From assembly GCA_046581755.1 (NCBI GenBank), contig JAYGFR010000292.1:1-11207 (forward strand): 11,207 nucleotides of DNA, read 5' to 3'. This DNA comes from Nitrospinota bacterium (GTDB lineage Bacteria; UBA8248). This document shows, in pieces, positions 8,001 through 11,207 of the stretch. The translations under genes and the position numbers were made by a program. The notes below the pieces were generated by a model that saw nothing but the letters and a program-made list of their open reading frames with translations, did no database searches and was not told the DNA's origin. How positions within the stretch are numbered: position 1 is the first letter of the stretch; each line of letters opens with the position of its first letter.

Positions 8001-8351
8001 CGGCAGGGCATAGACCCACCAGAGCCGGCTCTCGGACCACTCCAGGTTTTCGATGAAATAGAAGAAAAAGACGGCCGGAAACAGGGAAGCCAGGTACACA
8101 AGGGGCAAAACGCCGAGTTCGCGGAATTTTTCGCCGTAGACGCCGGGCTGGGCCGCGGCGCCGCCGAACAAAACGATGACGAACGCAAACAAGAGGTGCA
8201 TGTTCGGGTGGAGCTCGCCCGGCAGGGGGAGCAGGTAAATGGCTGCGATGTGGTAGAGGCCGGAGATGACGGCCACCCAGGAGGCAATAAAGGCAAAGCT
8301 TCTTGTCAGCGGAAAGTCTCCGCCGGAGGGCTCATTCGCCGAAGTGATCAT
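5013..8351 (-). CDS. TRAP transporter fused permease (4TM/12TM, TAXI-associated), enlarged, 1112 aa
   Basis: Motifs LELTRRCFG, GTVSGSASGNVVTTGTFTIPLMKR, EAAASTGGQIMPPVMGAGAFIM, ILGMGMPTTAAY and AAHMFIFYFAILSAITPPVA; adjacent to a TAXI receptor. Confidence 0.95.
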   Translation of the reverse strand: MITSANEPSGGDFPLTRSFAFIASWVAVISGLYHIAAIYLLPLPGELHPNMHLLFAFVIVLFGGAAAQPGVYGEKFRELGVLPLVYLASLFPAVFFFYFIENLEWSESRLWWVYALPFFLWGAMILRQGARLALGLLALSFLPAALLFANWSALPESVQAPTTWWLFLMSAVPAAAILFGIFHRPFEAIRRGAGELIVLAAVAAAIVWRIALWSSQPDEVRSFAYLFFSDWYALPAFALAALAVWVRKGLRAKFRDFPSHPHPPGLTFGLNAGMLFFGMAACIYLFYFHADMVDRPGAPTFEDTRVGFIMIVVALELTRRCFGPPLPTLYVIAIAYGLWGNLFPPPFGHGGAEWTELLGKLSTDFIGGIIGFLVIISATFIIMFLLLGAFLHESGAGRFFVNFALGIFGRMRAGAGLAAVGASALMGTVSGSASGNVVTTGTFTIPLMKRIGLSPHIAAAAEAAASTGGQIMPPVMGAGAFIMSELIEVPYFQLIGYAAIPAVLYFLIVGINIHFAAGSLDIRPMPREEIPDWRDELRSGWIYLVPLGFLVWFLFEGRTPTFAGVMAVFVMVGIWFYRSAAEFLASLREGEREVSDAVFVFVPVSFFVFLGVAYALLVIVDAMAGGPFALDASPSWRGAARSGAAFSAICAALGGAMLRLVPGAPAFWRECRRGWLSIFPLCAALIWAFLGWSAGTAGAALSLGGLALWLAARGRGFETYAVVPWLFVIIYGAVFAAQWGIYALFPAISEFSEWVRPFGFIYHVIIFFGLASLVQRIIWGLAPPRESGDASPLRTREVAAGFCNPYLYIRRARREGRDGPDVAAAEGNARWLGSVRHALEVGGRQGAEFGVTLASIELVVQVLSITGIGNKFAYLIETLSVDYCLIGAAAGGGCTWWLGVDGFFVGLFLTAVTCAILGMGMPTTAAYVLLAILGGPAVIALVRPEMIAIHGAEWTNAFIAIKGDRVAAHMFIFYFAILSAITPPVAIASLVGAKIAGAPYFKTSMMALRFAIVGFVVPFLFMYQPALLALDRFWVVVAVTALTLFAFTAFSAATQGFFLRPLRFLERFLLFACTALTILFIITFHWVFLAGGLAAGTAGVAKQFGGRSLEGG

Positions 8352-8513
8352 GCGGCACTCTCATTGGACGGTTCAGTATCCCGGGGCTGGACGAGTCAGT
8401 AGAATAAAGGGTTTCGCCGGTTTGCTCAATCCCTCGCGCCGGCCGCCAAGCCCACCCCTCCCCCTCCCTTGACGGAAGGGGCAACTCGTTTTCATTCATA
8501 TACACTCCGTTTA

Positions 8514-8542
8514 ATTACAGATGTCCTCGTCAGAGCTGTTAA
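8514..8542 (-). promoter_or_regulatory. Candidate sigma70-type internal promoter for the permease
   Basis: Minus strand reads TTAACA-N17-TGTAAT in an AT-rich patch downstream of the terminator; the -10 lacks the conserved A at position 2. Confidence 0.3.
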
Positions 8543-8602
8543 CACCGTAATTGCTGATACGGATGAGAATTTTGATGAGAATTCCGGAAGCATTGCACTC
8601 TT

Positions 8603-8644
8603 AATTAAAAGGAGGAAGCCCCCCGAACGGGCCGGGGGGCTTCC
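8603..8644 (-). terminator. Intrinsic terminator/stabilising hairpin after the TAXI receptor gene
   Basis: Perfect 12-bp stem GGAAGCCCCCCG (8614-8625) / CGGGGGGCTTCC (8633-8644) with a 7-nt loop, followed on the minus strand by TCCTTTTAATT, 24 nt after the stop. Confidence 0.8.
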
Positions 8645-8668
8645 CGGAAAAGATGGGCCGGAGGGCCG

Positions 8669-9652
8669 CTACATCATGCCCTTCTCCTTCCAGTACCGGA
8701 TGGCCCCAGGGTGGAAGGTCAAACGCTTGGTACCCTTGAGCGCATTCTTGGGCCCGATGAGCTTGCCGATGGGGTGGTAGCGTTGGATTTTCCCGCGGTT
8801 ATCCATGAGGGTTTTCACCACGAGATAGGCGTGCTCTTTGCTCATCTTGCTGTTGGCGACCATGGTCCACATCTGCCCCCAGGTCGTCACGGCGCTGGGC
8901 TGTCCGGGCGCCGAGTTGGCGGGCATCACCACCCGGACGACCCCCGGATCCCCCTCGATCATCTTCTTGATGGTGGCCTCATCGGGGCCGAAGAAGTGGA
9001 GCTTGCCCTTCAGAGTCCGCGCGAGGTCCATGTAGGCGGGCACGAGGTTGTAAGCGTTAGCGAAAAAGAAACCCGCGTCCACTCGCTTGTCCTTGATCGC
9101 GGCGGCGTTCTGGGGATTGGTGAAGTACTCCTTTTTGACCTTTTTGTACATCCCGCTGTAGCGCAGCGCATTCTCGTTGATCTTGTAGATGGAGCCGCCG
9201 CGCCCCCCCACCACGAACCTCCTGCCCACCAGGTCGGACCACTTTTTGATGCCGCTGTCCCTGTACGTTACGTAGCCCGACGTCAAGGGGTAGAGGGCGG
9301 TGAGGACCAGGACGTCCTGCTTCTTCTTGAAGGGGGATTTCGCGTTTTGGCCCCAGTAGGCGGCGGGGCTGGTGGTCATGCCCATCTGGAAGGGTTGTCT
9401 CTTGTTTTTCTTCTGGAGGACCCTCACGTTGGCGGTGGAGCCGCCGGTGAGGGAGGCCGAGACCTCGAGCTTCCCGCCCGAGTTGTCGGTGATCACCTTG
9501 CCCATGGCGGTGCCGATTTCGAAAGTCGATCCCCCGGGCTGGGAGGTGCCCAGGTAGAGCTTCACCCTCTGCGCTTTGGCCGGGGTCGCCGCGCCGAGCG
9601 CCAGGGCAAGGACCGCGGTCACAAGCCAATATCGAGTCAGCGTCTGTTTCAT
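8669..9652 (-). CDS. TAXI family TRAP transporter solute-binding subunit, ~327 aa with signal peptide
   Basis: ATG 9652 with RBS AAGGAG; signal peptide MKQTLTRYWLVTAVLALALGAATPAKA|Q; motifs LGTSQPGGST, TGGSTANV and SGIKKWSDLVG, and the C-terminal hallmark FHPGAIRYWKEKG. Confidence 0.93.
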   Translation of the reverse strand: MKQTLTRYWLVTAVLALALGAATPAKAQRVKLYLGTSQPGGSTFEIGTAMGKVITDNSGGKLEVSASLTGGSTANVRVLQKKNKRQPFQMGMTTSPAAYWGQNAKSPFKKKQDVLVLTALYPLTSGYVTYRDSGIKKWSDLVGRRFVVGGRGGSIYKINENALRYSGMYKKVKKEYFTNPQNAAAIKDKRVDAGFFFANAYNLVPAYMDLARTLKGKLHFFGPDEATIKKMIEGDPGVVRVVMPANSAPGQPSAVTTWGQMWTMVANSKMSKEHAYLVVKTLMDNRGKIQRYHPIGKLIGPKNALKGTKRLTFHPGAIRYWKEKGMM

Positions 9653-9877
9653 CGAGCGTCTCCTTCTTAGGGTGTAATGGTGGAAATGGAACTGCGCGAA
9701 ACAACCGTTGGAGTCGGGATGGTTCCTCCTCTTGGGCTTTGCCTGGGGGCGCGGGGTCGGCTCGGCGTAGCGGATCTCCTCCGCCCACTTGGCCATCGCC
9801 CTCTCGTTCAGCTTCACGTGAAATCTCCTTTCGGGGATGGGGAGAGCGCGCCGCGGGAGAGACCCGGCAGGGCCGCC

Positions 9878-10888
9878 TCAGCGCCGCACGCTCTCCAGCA
9901 CGCACCGATTGGTGAACGTGCCGATTCCCCGGATGGTGTGCTCCATTACGTCGCCCGGCTTCAGGGGGGGGAGGTGACCCTGTGCTCCCGTGAAGAAAAC
10001 GTCACCGGGCTCCAGCGTCCATACGCTCGAAACGAACTCGATTTGCCTTGCGATTTTCACCACCATGTCCCGGGTGTTGCTCCGTTGGATAACCTTCCCG
10101 TTGAGCTTCAAGGTGATCTGCGCTTTTTCTGGGTCGAAGGCGTCCTTCGTGATGAGGCATGGGCCCATGGGGTTGAAGGTGTCGTAGTTCTTGCACTGGA
10201 ATGCCAAGGAGAGGTTGAAGGGGGCCTCGGTGGGGATTCCGAGAGGCTTCAGTTCGGGTCGCCTGCGGAGCACCCACTCCGACATGAGGGAGTCGATCTC
10301 CGAGATGTCGTTTCCAATGGTGTAGCCCGCCACGACGTCATGGGCGTCTCTGGCGGAAACGTGCCGGGCCCGTTTGCCGATGACCACGCAGAGCTCGATC
10401 TCGGGCTGGATGTACCTCGAACCTCGCAGAAGGACCACATCCTCGTTCGGGCCGCACACCGAGGTGGGCGCCATGATGAACATCGGCGGGTTCTTCGGTG
10501 GTCGAGGCCACGTCTTGAGAAGGCTGGGATAGTTTCCCCCGATCCCGATCACCTTTGGGGGCCGGGGCACCGGAGCGAGCAGGCGGATCCTTTTAACCGG
10601 GTGCAACACCACCCGCCGAAGGGCGGCGGGCTCCCTGCCCTTCCGCCGGAGGAGCCTCTCGGTACGTTTCACGACCTCTTTGGCCATCTCGAGGGTGACA
10701 TCCCCCCCTTCCAGAAAGGTCACCATGTCGGAGGGAAACATCGCCCGCGCACGCTCGGCGGCGTGGGAATCTCCCTGCGAGCGGAAGTGCTCGCATCCGG
10801 CCGCTCGCAAATCGATGAGATTCTGGTCCTTGTCGGTCATGATTCCAATCTTCGTTTCCCCGGACAACTCAAAGCTCGCAAGCTTCAT
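9878..10888 (-). CDS. Fumarylacetoacetate hydrolase (FAH) superfamily protein, ~336 aa
   Basis: Start MKLASF (ATG 10888, GGAG upstream; 10900 is an alternative); motifs LLAPVPRPPKVIGIGGNY, PEIELCVVIGK, GYTIGND, KNYDTFNPMGP, LEPGDVFFTG and LKPGD. Confidence 0.93.
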   Translation of the reverse strand: MKLASFELSGETKIGIMTDKDQNLIDLRAAGCEHFRSQGDSHAAERARAMFPSDMVTFLEGGDVTLEMAKEVVKRTERLLRRKGREPAALRRVVLHPVKRIRLLAPVPRPPKVIGIGGNYPSLLKTWPRPPKNPPMFIMAPTSVCGPNEDVVLLRGSRYIQPEIELCVVIGKRARHVSARDAHDVVAGYTIGNDISEIDSLMSEWVLRRRPELKPLGIPTEAPFNLSLAFQCKNYDTFNPMGPCLITKDAFDPEKAQITLKLNGKVIQRSNTRDMVVKIARQIEFVSSVWTLEPGDVFFTGAQGHLPPLKPGDVMEHTIRGIGTFTNRCVLESVRR

Positions 10889-10903
10889 AGCCAACTCCAT
10901 TTA

Positions 10904-10931
10904 ATTCTATCTCAAGACAACCCTTTGCCAA
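10904..10931 (-). promoter_or_regulatory. Candidate sigma70-type promoter for the cluster
   Basis: Minus strand TTGGCA-N16-TAGAAT directly upstream of the FAH gene within an AT-rich intergenic region; it would give a very short leader. Confidence 0.35.
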
Positions 10932-11097
10932 TAATTTTATTAGGCATGATGGAGGATTTTAGTTTACCAATACATCCCAGGGATTTGTTATTTTAATTAG
11001 TCGGATACAGGGCAACCGCGAAATGTTCATAACCAATTGATTTTATTTCTGTTATCCCATGGATTGAATCAGTTCCCTATGTCTTGTAAAGATTCCC

Positions 11098-11125
11098 CAT
11101 GGCGAATTACCAATTCCAGCTTGAA
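11098..11125 (+). repeat. Second, degenerate copy of the IS left-end sequence
   Basis: CATGGCGAATTACCAATTCCAGCTTGAA versus CATGGCGAATTGATAATTTTAGCTTGAA (1188-1215): 23/28 identical, same orientation, terminal TGTG missing. Confidence 0.65.
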
Positions 11126-11207
11126 CTTTGTCCTGGTCCACCGAATTTCAACCTATAAATCTGTCGAAGATTCTCGCTCAAAAAATCGAGGGCCTTTCTC
11201 TTTTCGG

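Noticed and set aside
5841..8402. 853-aa plus-strand ORF, and similarly 3548-4543, 8711-9670, 9677-10996 and 2801-3502
   Set aside because: Antisense shadows of well-supported minus-strand genes, expected in GC-rich DNA.
10915..10931. Sigma54 promoter at TGGCA...TTGT
   Set aside because: Spacing and the -12 GC do not fit TGGCAC-N5-TTGC.
11051..11110. Weak 20-bp periodicity (CC[C/T]ATG three times) as CRISPR or iterons
   Set aside because: The units share only a few bases, there is no repeat-spacer structure, and the third overlaps the IS end.

Overview
This is a GC-rich bacterial window in which every credible gene lies on the minus strand, forming a probable uptake-and-catabolism cluster. 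In transcription order the genes are: a FAH-family hydrolase, a TAXI-type TRAP solute receptor (followed by a terminator), an unusually long 1112-aa fused TRAP permease, a 64-aa membrane ORF paralogous to the permease C-terminus, an M24-fold hydrolase and an amidase-signature enzyme with a GatC/AtzG-like C-terminal tail. Beyond an inserted 570-bp internally deleted IS relic lies a DRE-TIM (LeuA/homocitrate synthase-like) enzyme; it runs off the left edge and is missing from the ORF track. A second copy of the IS left-end motif sits at ~11098, on the other side of the cluster. The FAH, M24 and DRE-TIM proteins keep most metal ligands but have swapped catalytic or substrate residues, suggesting an uncharacterised pathway. 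Family calls come from motif recognition and hand alignment, with no database searches.
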